Positions 1 to 9,052 of a stretch of DNA of 64,000 nt are shown piece by piece. The stretch is taken from NCBI GenBank assembly GCA_963823555.1, contig CAWGMA010000003.1, positions 227,614 to 291,613 of the forward strand, in the 5' to 3' direction. The stretch comes from Candidatus Eiseniibacteriota bacterium. Its GTDB lineage: Bacteria; Eisenbacteria; RBG-16-71-46; CAVPCR01. The position numbers and the translations under genes were made by a program. Numbering within the stretch: the stretch's first letter is position 1; the number at the start of each line of letters is the position of its first letter. A model generated the notes under the pieces. The model was not told the origin of the DNA. It ran no database searches and saw only the letters and a program-made list of their open reading frames with translations.

Positions 1-821
1 GCGATGGCGACGCCGTAGGCGAGATCCGGAGTATCGATCGCCCCGATGATCGCCGGCGCGGTGGGGTTCGCCACATTCACGATCTGGAGGCCGGCGTTCC
101 AGTCGGCAACGTAGGCGAGGCCTCCGATCACGGTCACGCCGCGGGCGGTGCCGGGCGTGTCCGCATTGCCGACCATCCGGGGCGCGGCCGGATTCGTGAT
201 GTCGATGACCTCGAGACCGAAGTAGCTGTCGGCGACATAGGCGTAGGAGCCGGCGACATCGATGCCGAGGGCATAGCCGGGAGTGTCGATCGTCGCGATG
301 ATCGCGGGTGCCGTGGGATCCGAGATGTCCACGACCTGGAGACCGGCATTCCAGTCGGCGAGATAGGCGATGGAGCCGGCGACAGAGACCGCGAAGGCGA
401 TCCCGGGCGTATCGATCGCGCCCACGATGACGGGCGCCCTGGGGTTCGACACATCGACGATCTTGAGCCCGGCGTCATAATCGGTGACCAGGACCAGGGG
501 ATAGGCGACGGTAACCCCGAACGCATAGCCGGGGGTGTCGGCGGTGCCGACGATCACCGGGGTCGCGGGGTTCGAGATGTCCACGATCTGGAGCCCCGCG
601 TCCCAGTCGCCCACGTAGGCGTAATAGCCGTGAACCGCTACTCGATATCCCGATCCCGGCGTATCGACTCCCCCTGTCCAGTGCAGGTAGTTGCCGTACT
701 CGATGCAATCGCTGGCGGCCGCGGTTCCATGAATGATGACGGCGGCAAGGAGGACGAGAGGTAGTGGGCGACACGAGGCCCGGAAGAGACCCTTTCTGAA
801 GCGCGTGGCGACTGATTGCAA
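1..821 (-). CDS. secreted LVIVD-repeat beta-propeller protein (3' end runs off the window)
   Basis: Absent from the ORF track because it is open at the window edge. The reverse-strand frame reads MQSVATRFRKGLFRASCRPLPLVLLAAVIIHGTAAASDC (signal-peptide-like). It continues with ~40-aa units such as DWDAGLQIVDISNPATPVIVGTADTPGYAFGVTV, DYDAGLKIVDVSNPRAPVIVGAIDTPGIAFAVSV and DWNAGLQVVDISDPTAPAIIATIDTPGYALGIDV, which fit the LVIVD repeat pattern. The TTG start at 821 lies 8 nt after AAGGAGG; an alternative in-frame ATG is at 851. Confidence 0.6.
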   Translation of the reverse strand, partial: MQSVATRFRKGLFRASCRPLPLVLLAAVIIHGTAAASDCIEYGNYLHWTGGVDTPGSGYRVAVHGYYAYVGDWDAGLQIVDISNPATPVIVGTADTPGYAFGVTVAYPLVLVTDYDAGLKIVDVSNPRAPVIVGAIDTPGIAFAVSVAGSIAYLADWNAGLQVVDISDPTAPAIIATIDTPGYALGIDVAGSYAYVADSYFGLEVIDITNPAAPRMVGNADTPGTARGVTVIGGLAYVADWNAGLQIVNVANPTAPAIIGAIDTPDLAYGVAI

Positions 822-895
822 CGGCCAGCCCTCCTTCGGATGCGCCATCATGGATGCCGGTCGAGGCCCATGACGCCGTGGCCGGGGATATCTTG

Positions 896-904
896 TGCTA
901 GAGT
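896..904 (+). promoter_or_regulatory. extended -10 like element TGcTAGAGT upstream of the yitJ-like gene
   Basis: TGCTAGAGT sits in the divergent intergenic region, about 70 nt before the ATG at 973. A GC hairpin (about 918-940) follows it. Motif match only. Confidence 0.25.
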
Positions 905-972
905 AGGGTCCGTTTTCCCGGGCGCCGCCCGGCGCCCCTTCGAACCCCCCGCTCCTCGAGCGACGCAAGGTA

Positions 973-2916
973 TTGCCCATGACGTCCAAGACCGCGGCTT
1001 CCGGCACTCCGGGAGCAGCCGGGCGTTCCCCCGGAGGGGAGTCCACCCCTCGCGGCGGCGCTCCCGCACCCCGGCGCACCAAGTCATTCCTCGATGCCGT
1101 CCAGAACTCGATCGTCGTGTCCGACGGCGCCATGGGCACCATGCTCTATGCGCGGGGCATCTTCCTGAATCGCTGCTTCGACGAGCTCAACCTCACGAGC
1201 CCGGCGCTCATCGCCGAGATCCACAAGCAGTATCTCGACGCCGGCGCCGAGGTGCTCACCACCAATACCTTCGGCGCAAACCGATACAAGCTGCAGCCCC
1301 ACGGGCTCGAGGACAAGGTCCAGGAGCTCAATCAGCGGGGGGCCGCCATCGCCCGCCAGGTGGCGGGTGACTCAGCCTGGGTCGCCGGCTCGGTGGGACC
1401 CGTGGGCGGCCAGCTGCATCCGCTCGGTCCGCTCGATCCTCCGGAGGTCGAGGCCGCGTTCCGGGAGCAGATCCTGGGTCTCGCCGCGGGCGGGGCGGAC
1501 CTGATCGTTCTCGAGACATTCCATGCCCTACCCGAGATGGGGGCCGCGCTCCGGGCCGCACGGGGGGCAGCCGAGCTACCGGTCATCGCCAGCTTCTCCT
1601 TCGACCACAACCGGCTGACCAACATCGGGGTCTCCCCCGAGGAGGCGGCCGCCTTCGCCGAGATCGAGGGCGCCGACGTGATCGGCGTCAACTGCTCGAC
1701 CGGTCCCAACGACGTGCTCGAGGTCGTCGAGCGCATGGTGCGGATCACCAAGAAGCCGATCGCGGTGCAGCCCAACGCCGGCCTGCCGCGCGAGGTGCAG
1801 AACCGGCTCATCTTCCTCGCCACGCCGGAGTACCTCGCCGAGTACGCTCGCCGATTCATCCAGTCCGGGGCGAGCATGGTGGGCGGGTGCTGCGGCACCA
1901 CCCCCGAGCACATCAAGCAGATGCGAGTCTTCGTGCGCCAGCTGGTGCCGATGAAGGCGGCCACGCGTCAGATCGAGGTGGTCGAGGAAGCCCCGCATCC
2001 GATGCGCAAGCAGAAGCCTCCCGCGGAGAAGACGCCGCTGGGGGCCAAGCTCGGGAAGACGTTCGTGGTCTCGGTGGAGATCGATCCGCCGCGCGGCACC
2101 GACCCGACCAAGGCGGTCGAGGGGGCGATGATGCTGCGCGGTGAAGGGATCGATGCCATCAACATCGCCGACGGCCCCCGGGCCTCGGCGCGCATGAGTC
2201 CGCTGGCCCTCGCTGTGCTCATGATGAACCAGGGAGTGGAGACGATCGTCCACTTCTGCTGCCGCGACCGGAACCTCCTCAGCATGCAGGCGGATCTCAT
2301 CGGCTTGAATGCGATCGGGCTGCGCAACGTCCTCATCGTCACCGGCGATCCGCCCAAGATGGGTGACTATCCCGACGCCACGGCGGTCTTCGACGTCGAC
2401 TCGATCGGCCTCACGCGCTTTGCCAGCCGCCTGAACGTCGGGCTCGACATGGCGGGAAACGAAGTCGGCGAGCCGACCTCATTGCTCCTCGGCGTGGGCG
2501 CCAACCCGGGAGCCATCGATCTCGACACCGAGGTGCAGCGTTTCAAGCTCAAGCTCGAGGCGGGCGCCGAGTACTGCCTCACCCAGCCGGTCTATGACGT
2601 CCGGTTCCTCGAGGAGTTCCTGCGGCGGGCGCGCCCGGTGCCGATCCCGGTCCTGGTCGGGATCCTGCCGCTCTCGAGCTATCGCAACGCCGAGTTCCTC
2701 CACAACGAGGTGCCGGGAATGGCGATTCCGGCGTCGATCCGCGAGCGCATGAAGCGGGCGAGCGACGCCTCCAAGGAAGCGGCGCAGGCCGAAGGCATCG
2801 CCATCGCGCGCGAGGCTCTGGCCGCCGCCAAGGAGTTTCCCGAGATCCAGGGCTGCTACATCATGCCGCCCTTCGGACGCTACTCGACCGCGCTCGAGGT
2901 CCTCGAAGCGATCTAG
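973..2916 (+). CDS. yitJ: bifunctional homocysteine S-methyltransferase / 5,10-methylenetetrahydrofolate reductase
   Basis: 647-aa ORF. The N-terminal half (VVSDGAMGTMLYARGI, GVNCSTGP, GGCCGTTPEHI zinc-ligand motif) is a Hcy S-methyltransferase domain. The C-terminal half (VSVEIDPPRG, HFCCRDRN, IVTGDPPKMGDYP, CLTQPVYD) is a MetF/MTHFR barrel. B. subtilis YitJ has the same fusion architecture. Confidence 0.85.
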   Translation: MPMTSKTAASGTPGAAGRSPGGESTPRGGAPAPRRTKSFLDAVQNSIVVSDGAMGTMLYARGIFLNRCFDELNLTSPALIAEIHKQYLDAGAEVLTTNTFGANRYKLQPHGLEDKVQELNQRGAAIARQVAGDSAWVAGSVGPVGGQLHPLGPLDPPEVEAAFREQILGLAAGGADLIVLETFHALPEMGAALRAARGAAELPVIASFSFDHNRLTNIGVSPEEAAAFAEIEGADVIGVNCSTGPNDVLEVVERMVRITKKPIAVQPNAGLPREVQNRLIFLATPEYLAEYARRFIQSGASMVGGCCGTTPEHIKQMRVFVRQLVPMKAATRQIEVVEEAPHPMRKQKPPAEKTPLGAKLGKTFVVSVEIDPPRGTDPTKAVEGAMMLRGEGIDAINIADGPRASARMSPLALAVLMMNQGVETIVHFCCRDRNLLSMQADLIGLNAIGLRNVLIVTGDPPKMGDYPDATAVFDVDSIGLTRFASRLNVGLDMAGNEVGEPTSLLLGVGANPGAIDLDTEVQRFKLKLEAGAEYCLTQPVYDVRFLEEFLRRARPVPIPVLVGILPLSSYRNAEFLHNEVPGMAIPASIRERMKRASDASKEAAQAEGIAIAREALAAAKEFPEIQGCYIMPPFGRYSTALEVLEAI

Positions 2917-3168
2917 TGACGGAGGAATTTCGCCGTGTCGCTACCGCCGGGAAAGCGTCTCGGCCTCGCGGCCGGGGTTGTTTCCTAAGTCTCATCCAGG
3001 CTTGCGCATAGCCGGATCTGAGGCCCGGGTGGATCAGCTGCAAGACCCGACCGGCCGTCGCCGGGCCTGCGCGAGGGATCCGAAGCGGAGCGCGTGGGGT
3101 CCCGGGCGTGCTACCGTCTGGCCCATCGGGCCGCTTCGGAAATCGCCGCTTGCCGGGAGGCTCTCGCC

Positions 3169-4635
3169 ATGGCGATCAAGACCTACGCCGACTACCTCGC
3201 CTCGCTCCGGGCCATGCGCCCGAACATCTACAAGTTCGACGAGCTCATCACCGACGTCACCACGCATCCCGCCACACGTCGCACGGTCGAGGGCCACGGC
3301 TGGACCTTCAAGGCCGCCGCCGATCCCGAGCTGCGACCGCTCGTCACCGCGACTTCGCATCTCACGGGCGAACCCATCAGTCGCTACCTCTCCATCCTTC
3401 GCTCGCCGGAAGACATGTACGCCAATTCACGTATGAAACGGCTCATGTTCCATCTCACGGGCACCTGTACCGGAGGGCGCTGTGCCGGCTGGAACGCGCT
3501 CAACGCGATGTTCATCACCACCTGGGAGATGGATCGCGATCTCGGAACGGGCTATCACGAACGTCTGCTCCGGTGGCTTCGTGAGGCACAGAGCCTCGAT
3601 ATCACGATCTCCGGAGCGCTCACCGATGCCAAGGGGGATCGCACCAAGACTCCCTCGCAGCAGGAGGATCCCGATCTCTTCCTCAGGATCGTCGAGCGGC
3701 GCGACGACGGCATCGTGGTGCGAGGCGCCAAGCTCATGATCTGCGGGGTGGCCGCCGCCAACGAGATCTTCGTCCTGCCCGGGAGCGCCTACGGCGAGGC
3801 GGAGGCCGACTACGCGGTGTCTTTCGTCATTCCCCGCGACAGCGAGGGGCTCACCATCGTCGAGACCCGCCATCCCAGCGATGGCCGCGACTACGAGGAG
3901 GGCTTCGATAACCCGGTCTGCGAAGGCGGCATCACCCAGGCCTTTCTTCTCTTCGAGGACGTGTTCGTGCCGCGCGAACGCATCTTCATGTGTGGAGAGG
4001 TGAGTCACACCAAGACGGCCGTGATGAGCTTCATCGGTCCCTACCGCGCCGCGATCGGAGGCTGTGTCGCCGGGCAGGGCGACGTCAAGATCGGGTCCGC
4101 GATCCTCACCGCGAGGGCCAACGGGCTCTCGGCCAAGGTCTTCACGGATAAGGTGGTCCAGATGCACATCAACAACGAGACCACCTTCGGCATGGGCATC
4201 GCGGCGGCGGCGATGGGACGGCCCCATCCCTCCGGAGCATGGCAGTGCGATCAGCTCCTCTCGAACGTCAACAAGGTGCACGTGGCCACCTTGCCCTATC
4301 AGACGTCGGTGCTGGCGCAGGACATCGCCGGCGGCATCGCGGAAACGGGATGTATGCCGTCGGCCAAGGACTTCGCCTCGACCCGCTACGGTCATTTGAT
4401 CCAGAAGTACATGAAGGCCCGGGCGAGCGGCGAGGCGCGGGCGAGAGCGGCACGGCTCGTCGAGTGGTGCACGATCGGCGGCGGGGTGCCGGGATGCATG
4501 CACGGCGGGGGTTCTCCCGATGGGGCGAAGCTCATGATTCGCACCCTCGCCCACCTCGAGGACAAGGTCGAGATCGCCCGTCGTCTGGCCCGCATCGAGG
4601 AGGAGATCCCCGATCCGGCGCCCGCCCGGCGCTAG
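3169..4635 (+). CDS. 4-hydroxybutyryl-CoA dehydratase/vinylacetyl-CoA isomerase (AbfD) / HpaB-family protein
   Basis: The ORF 3094..4635 is trimmed to the ATG at 3169 (MAIKTYADYL), which lies 8 nt after GGGAGG. The block DAKGDRTKTPSQQEDPDLFLRIVERRDDGIVVRGAKL is a strong family signature. Cys-containing stretches TCTGGRC and IGGCVAG are also present. Confidence 0.75.
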   Translation: MAIKTYADYLASLRAMRPNIYKFDELITDVTTHPATRRTVEGHGWTFKAAADPELRPLVTATSHLTGEPISRYLSILRSPEDMYANSRMKRLMFHLTGTCTGGRCAGWNALNAMFITTWEMDRDLGTGYHERLLRWLREAQSLDITISGALTDAKGDRTKTPSQQEDPDLFLRIVERRDDGIVVRGAKLMICGVAAANEIFVLPGSAYGEAEADYAVSFVIPRDSEGLTIVETRHPSDGRDYEEGFDNPVCEGGITQAFLLFEDVFVPRERIFMCGEVSHTKTAVMSFIGPYRAAIGGCVAGQGDVKIGSAILTARANGLSAKVFTDKVVQMHINNETTFGMGIAAAAMGRPHPSGAWQCDQLLSNVNKVHVATLPYQTSVLAQDIAGGIAETGCMPSAKDFASTRYGHLIQKYMKARASGEARARAARLVEWCTIGGGVPGCMHGGGSPDGAKLMIRTLAHLEDKVEIARRLARIEEEIPDPAPARR

Positions 4636-4660
4636 GCCGCGCGGCAGGGCGACCGGGCTG

Positions 4661-4688
4661 CCCCGGCGGCCGGCACCGGCCGCCGGGG
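4661..4688. terminator. perfect GC palindrome between convergent genes (bidirectional terminator candidate)
   Basis: CCCCGGCGGCCGG-CA-CCGGCCGCCGGGG lies between the stop of the AbfD-like gene (4635) and the stop of the minus-strand BNR gene (4702). There is no clear U-tract. Confidence 0.4.
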
Positions 4689-4701
4689 ACATCACGCTCG
4701 G

Positions 4702-6521
4702 CTATTCGAGCAGCACCATCGCCTGCGAGGTGCTGCCGTTTCTCGACTCGAGCCGGCAGTAGTACACACCCGAGGCCAGTGACTGGCCCCTCTCGTCGCG
4801 CCCATCCCAGGTCACGCTCTCGATGCCGTTGCCGGCGGCGCCGGAGAAGAGCGTCCGCACGAAGCGGCCGTCGATGTCGTAGACCGCGAGGCGCACGGTC
4901 TCGCCGGCGGCCTCGAAGCGGATGGTCGTGGCCGGGTTGAACGGATTGGGCGAGCTCGGGTAGAGGCGGAGGGCCGAGCTTGCCGCGGGCGCCCCGCTAT
5001 CCACCATCGCGACGATGTCCTCGCACTCATCGGGAATGCCGTTCTGGTTCGTGTCCGGGCTCGTGCCGAGCTGGATGTCGAGCGTGTCGGGAACGCTGTT
5101 CACGTTGCAGTCGTAGTCACCGATCCGCGTGTAGTAGACGTCCTGCTCGCCGTTGAAGGTGGCCGCCCAGGCCAGGCTTGGCGCCCACGTCATCCGAGAT
5201 CATGTGGTAGTAGTCGCCGATCTTGTTCTGCTGGGGCCAGCCGAGGAAGCTGTCCCAGTACTCGCTCACCCGCTCGTTCGGCCGACCAGGTCGCGCCGCC
5301 GTCGGTCGAGAACGAGTAGTAGAGCGCAGAGTCAGTTGACGACTCCGGTGTCCCGGGTGTCGTTCCAGACGGCATCGATGCGACCGTTCGGCGCCACCGA
5401 CATCGTGGCGAACCACTGCCAGTTGTTGGGTGCGCTCGGGTCGTCGTTGACGCGGACCCACGGGCCCAAGGTGACGCCGCCGTCGGTCGAGCGCGCGAAA
5501 TGGACGTCGAGGGGATCGGTGCCGGCGGGGTTCGACCGACGCCAGGACGTAGACCCAGCCGCCGGTGGGACCATCCGAGTGATCGACGGCGATCCAGAAC
5601 TGGCCCAGGAGCCCGCCCGGGTTGGGGCCGGTCGAGAAGCCGAGATTGCCGCCCATGTCGACATCGGCCAGCTGGAAGGTGGGCGAGGATCCGCGAGTTC
5701 TGCGCGTTGGTCGAGCGGGCGACGTAGAACGGGGAGCCGAAGTCGCTCCCCGAGATGTAGAGCGTGCCGTTCGGGCGCCACGTCGAGCGTGCCCCAGACC
5801 GGCGTGTTGGGGATCGTCACCGGCGTCTGGAAGCTCTGCCCGCCGTCGGTCGAGCGGGTGAAGATATTGCTCCCGCAGCAGCTCCCCGCCGTGCTCCAGC
5901 TCTGATAGAGGTAGCCCGATCCCGATGCCATCGGTGCGATCGATGGTGATCCACTGCTTGTCGCCGCCGAAGGCGGCCACCGGCGAGCCCCAGGTCATCC
6001 CGTTGTCGGTCGAGCGGAAGAGATCGACAAGAAAGGTCTGCTGGAGGCTCGAGTAGTAGAAGACGCCGTCCTTGTCGAAGGTGAGCACCGGATCGCTGCG
6101 GAAGACGTCCGGGTCGAGCACGCCGGGGAAGGTCCAGGTCCGCCCGCCGTCGGTCGTGTAGGCCCAGCCGGCCTGGCGGAAGTTCGAGCTCACGGTGTCG
6201 AACTGCCGCCAGCCGATCGCCATCTTGTTGGGTTCGAGCGGGTTCACCGCGATCGACGGCTCGTTGGCGGCGTCGCCCTGGATGTTGGCGCCGACCAGGC
6301 TCGACGTTGACCTGATGCGCGGTGTACTGGCGGAAGCGGACGGGCTCGGCCGGGGGCGCCAGCGGATCGGGCCGGGCGGGGATGCCCGGCGGGTCGTCGA
6401 GGACCTCGGGCGCCGGCCGGGGGAGACTCGGGTCGGCTGCTGCCCGGGGCGGCGATGACAGCGAGAGGATGCCGAAGAGGGCGCAGGCGATCAGGATCAG
6501 AGGTCGGTTTCGCTCGGGCAT
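4702..6521 (-). pseudogene. BNR/Asp-box (sialidase-fold) secreted protein with C-terminal sorting domain, multiply frameshifted
   Basis: ORF fragments 5817..6521, 5117..6247, 5332..5931, 5190..5375 and 4702..5193 tile one gene only if the frame is switched. The parts are a signal peptide (MPERNRPLILIACALFGILSLSS), five Asp-boxes (YTTDGGRTW, RSTDNGMTW, RSTDGGQSF, RSTDGGVTL, FSTDGGATW), and an intact NPFNPATTIRFE...SGVYYCRLE C-terminal domain. At least eight frame changes are needed, near 6298, 5925, 5773, 5690, 5528, 5332, 5282 and 5185. Confidence 0.7.
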
Positions 6522-6639
6522 GATGTCTCCGTTCGAGGCCCAGGGGAAGGTTGAGCGTCAGGCGCGCGAGTCGCGAGGACAGCGTGGCGGCACGCCCTCC
6601 ATTGTAGCTGATCGGCGGCCGCTCGGCCCGGGCGGGTCC

Positions 6640-7419
6640 TCAGCCCGAGAAGAGCGCCTCCTCGTAGCGGGCGACGGGGGCGAAGCCGAGGCGTTCATAG
6701 CAGCCGATGGCGGTCGCGTGGTCCGCCTTGACGTTGAGGCCTATGAGATCGGTTGACGCGAGGAGCGCCTGGACGAGCCGCGCGGTGGTCCCGGTGGCGA
6801 GACCGCGGCCGCGCCGATCCGGGCGGGTGGTGATGTTGCCGAGCGCCGCCACCCGGTAGCGCGCCGAGTAGACATGCACGCCGGCGACGCTCACGAGCTC
6901 GCCTCGCTCCCGGATCCCGAAGTAGTAGCCGGTTTCGAGCATGCGCGGATCGAACCAGTGGCCAGGATAGCTCGCCTCGTAGAGCGCTTCGAGGGCGTCG
7001 CGGTCGCGGGCCGTCAGCTGCCCGGCGGTGCTGCCATCGGTGGCGCGGGCCCGGGCGGGATCGGTGAGCGCCATCTTGAGATGGGTGCCGCGGGCATCGA
7101 CTCGTCTCCCCGGTGTCAGTCGGGAGGCGAGATCCCCACTCAGGTGCGAGTAGAAGCGCGGCGGCAGATCGGGCGCGAGAGCGGTGAGCAGGCTCGCCAT
7201 CGGTCCTGGGTCGCGGTCGAGCGCGAGCAGAACGGGCAGGTCGCTGCCGGTGTAGAGGAGCGCCACGGCGGTGAGCAGGTTCCCGTCGCGGAGTCCGTAC
7301 CAGGTGGTGTGCGGCCAGAAGAAGTCGTCGAGATCGCCGATCTCGTAGAGATGGAGGAACGCGTCGCGGCGCAGGTAGGTCTCGATCTCGGATCGTGAAG
7401 TCAGACGCTCGGCACGCAC
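6640..7419 (-). CDS. GNAT family N-acetyltransferase
   Basis: 259 aa. The C-terminal acetyl-CoA binding core reads ALGNITTRPDRRGRGLATGTTARLVQ...GCYERLGF. Confidence 0.75.
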   Translation of the reverse strand: MRAERLTSRSEIETYLRRDAFLHLYEIGDLDDFFWPHTTWYGLRDGNLLTAVALLYTGSDLPVLLALDRDPGPMASLLTALAPDLPPRFYSHLSGDLASRLTPGRRVDARGTHLKMALTDPARARATDGSTAGQLTARDRDALEALYEASYPGHWFDPRMLETGYYFGIRERGELVSVAGVHVYSARYRVAALGNITTRPDRRGRGLATGTTARLVQALLASTDLIGLNVKADHATAIGCYERLGFAPVARYEEALFSG

Positions 7420-7447
7420 GAGGTCGCTCGATGGCGCTCGTGATGGA

Positions 7448-8314
7448 CTAGGACTCGGGTCCGTAGTCCCGTGAGTGCGGCTGATGGAGGGCCTGAGCCA
7501 GCGCTTCCCCGTTCGCTGCGGACTCTCCCGGCAGCGGGGGGGGCGTCTCCATCACGCGCGAGCCGCCGGCTTCTGGCGCGCGGTGCACGTGAGGCATGCG
7601 TGGAGTCGGCGTCTCCTCACGGGCTGCCGTCCCGCGGTGGCGGGCTCCCAGATCCGGATAGCGCAGATGGATGACCTCCTCGACGAGCCGCACGCGCTCC
7701 TGCATGGAGAGGCTGGCCACGGTGATGTAGGGAACCGCATACATCTCGAGCAGGAGCTTCACCATGCCATCGATGAGGACGACGTCCTCCCAGCGCAGCG
7801 CGGCGCGGATGCCGTCGGTCTGCACCAGATCGGGATGCGGCCGGACGAAGAAGACCAGGCCCCCGGCTACCCAGCGCATGTATTCCTCGAGCGCCGGATC
7901 GCGGAACAGCTCGTGCATGACGGTGCCGTGGTTGGCCGTGTAGGCGAGATTGCAGAAGGCGCGGTCGGATACGAAGGCGTCACCGGCATCGCGCTCGGCT
8001 TCGATCTGGCGGCGAAAGACCTCGATCTGGTAGCGATTCACCTGGTCGAGATTCGAGCGCAGGCGATCGAGGCTGACCTCCATCTCGGCGAGGATCGAGC
8101 GGGCGACTTCGCTGATGAGCTTGAGCCCGTAGCGGTCGCGGACATAGCGAGCGAGCGTGGTCTTGCCGGTGGCATGGGCGCCGACGAAGTAGATGCGTAA
8201 CGACCGGCGATCGCTCCCCCGGGAGTGGGTGAAGCCCGCACCGGGGCGAGAGGCAGGCTCGGACCATCCGGATCTGGAATTGGGGTCATGCGGTCCGGTG
8301 GGACGTGTCGCCAT
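7448..8314 (-). CDS. AAA_28 / NadR-like P-loop ATPase
   Basis: Walker A is GAHATGKTTLARYV. The track ORF extends to 8689, but that extension is an R/P-rich low-complexity stretch. The ATG at 8314 (MATRPTG) lies 8 nt after AGAGGAGG. Confidence 0.65.
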   Translation of the reverse strand: MATRPTGPHDPNSRSGWSEPASRPGAGFTHSRGSDRRSLRIYFVGAHATGKTTLARYVRDRYGLKLISEVARSILAEMEVSLDRLRSNLDQVNRYQIEVFRRQIEAERDAGDAFVSDRAFCNLAYTANHGTVMHELFRDPALEEYMRWVAGGLVFFVRPHPDLVQTDGIRAALRWEDVVLIDGMVKLLLEMYAVPYITVASLSMQERVRLVEEVIHLRYPDLGARHRGTAAREETPTPRMPHVHRAPEAGGSRVMETPPPLPGESAANGEALAQALHQPHSRDYGPES

Positions 8315-8807
8315 AGAGCAAACCTCCTCTGGCCGGCGCAGCGCTCCGCTTCGCGGCGCCGGGGCCCGACATCCTAGCACGGGGCCCCCAGATCGTTCCG
8401 GCCCTCTTCGCGCCGCGGTCCGCGCCCGCCCCGGGCGCAGCCGCCGCGGGGAAAGGCGGGAAAAATGTCGGGGAAGCGTCGGGCGACCTTCCGTTCCTGA
8501 GAAGATGAGAGCGATCGAGGCCGAGGTCCGGTTCCAGGCCATCCTCCTCCCCGGACCTCCGGCCTCAGGCGGCCTCCAGTCGGGGCCGGTGTCGTCTCTC
8601 CAGGGAAGCCGGATCCGGTGCGGGTGATTGGGGGAGCCCAGCCGGGTTCTGCGAGCTCGTGGCCTCGGGTTTCGGACCCAGCCAGCCATCCTCGGAGCGA
8701 GCGCCCGGGAGAGACGACGCCGGCCCCGGCCTATTTCTGCCTGCCTTCATGACTTACGGCCGCCTTTCGCCGTCACTCGGGCCCGCCACCCGTCCCGCGC
8801 GGTGCTC

Positions 8808-8837
8808 TTGACAGCTGTTCGATCCCATTCCTAGACT
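8808..8837 (+). promoter_or_regulatory. sigma70-like promoter candidate for the ABC operon
   Basis: TTGACA (8808-8813), an 18-nt spacer, then TAGACT (8832-8837), about 215 nt upstream of the ATG at 9053. Confidence 0.35.
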
Positions 8838-9052
8838 CTCTGCCTGTTTTCCGGACACTGCGCGCTCGTCCCCGGAGGCCGGGAAAGCATCGCTGGCGTC
8901 CCGCTCAACCGGGATGTTCCGGCGAGGCTCTTTCATTCGCGGTCGCGAATCCCTCGACTGGCGATGTCCCGAACCGGTGCTCGAGGCGGGTCACGGCCCG
9001 CCCACCGGGTCGAATGCCTCCGACTCGGGCGCGCGCTTCCCAACTGAAAGCC

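Noticed and set aside
822-972. SAM (S-box) riboswitch upstream of the yitJ-like gene, as in Bacillus
   Set aside because: I looked for the conserved SAM-I core strings (GAGGGA...GCCC...GCAACC) and found none. Only a short GC hairpin is present.
7448-8689. 413-aa version of the AAA_28 ATPase
   Set aside because: The 125-codon extension is R/P-rich with no structure-like pattern. An AGAGGAGG Shine-Dalgarno precedes the internal ATG at 8314. It is kept only as an alternative in the finding on 8315-8807.
8315-8807. RNase P RNA, SRP RNA or tmRNA in the large gap
   Set aside because: The hallmark strings (GGAAAGUCCGGGC, GGUCCGGAAGGAAGCAGCC, tmRNA tag/acceptor end) were not found on either strand.
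8808-8835. tRNA-like GTTCGATCC (T-loop-like) string
   Set aside because: There are no complementary T-stem arms, acceptor stem or anticodon arm around it. It sits inside the spacer of a promoter-like element.
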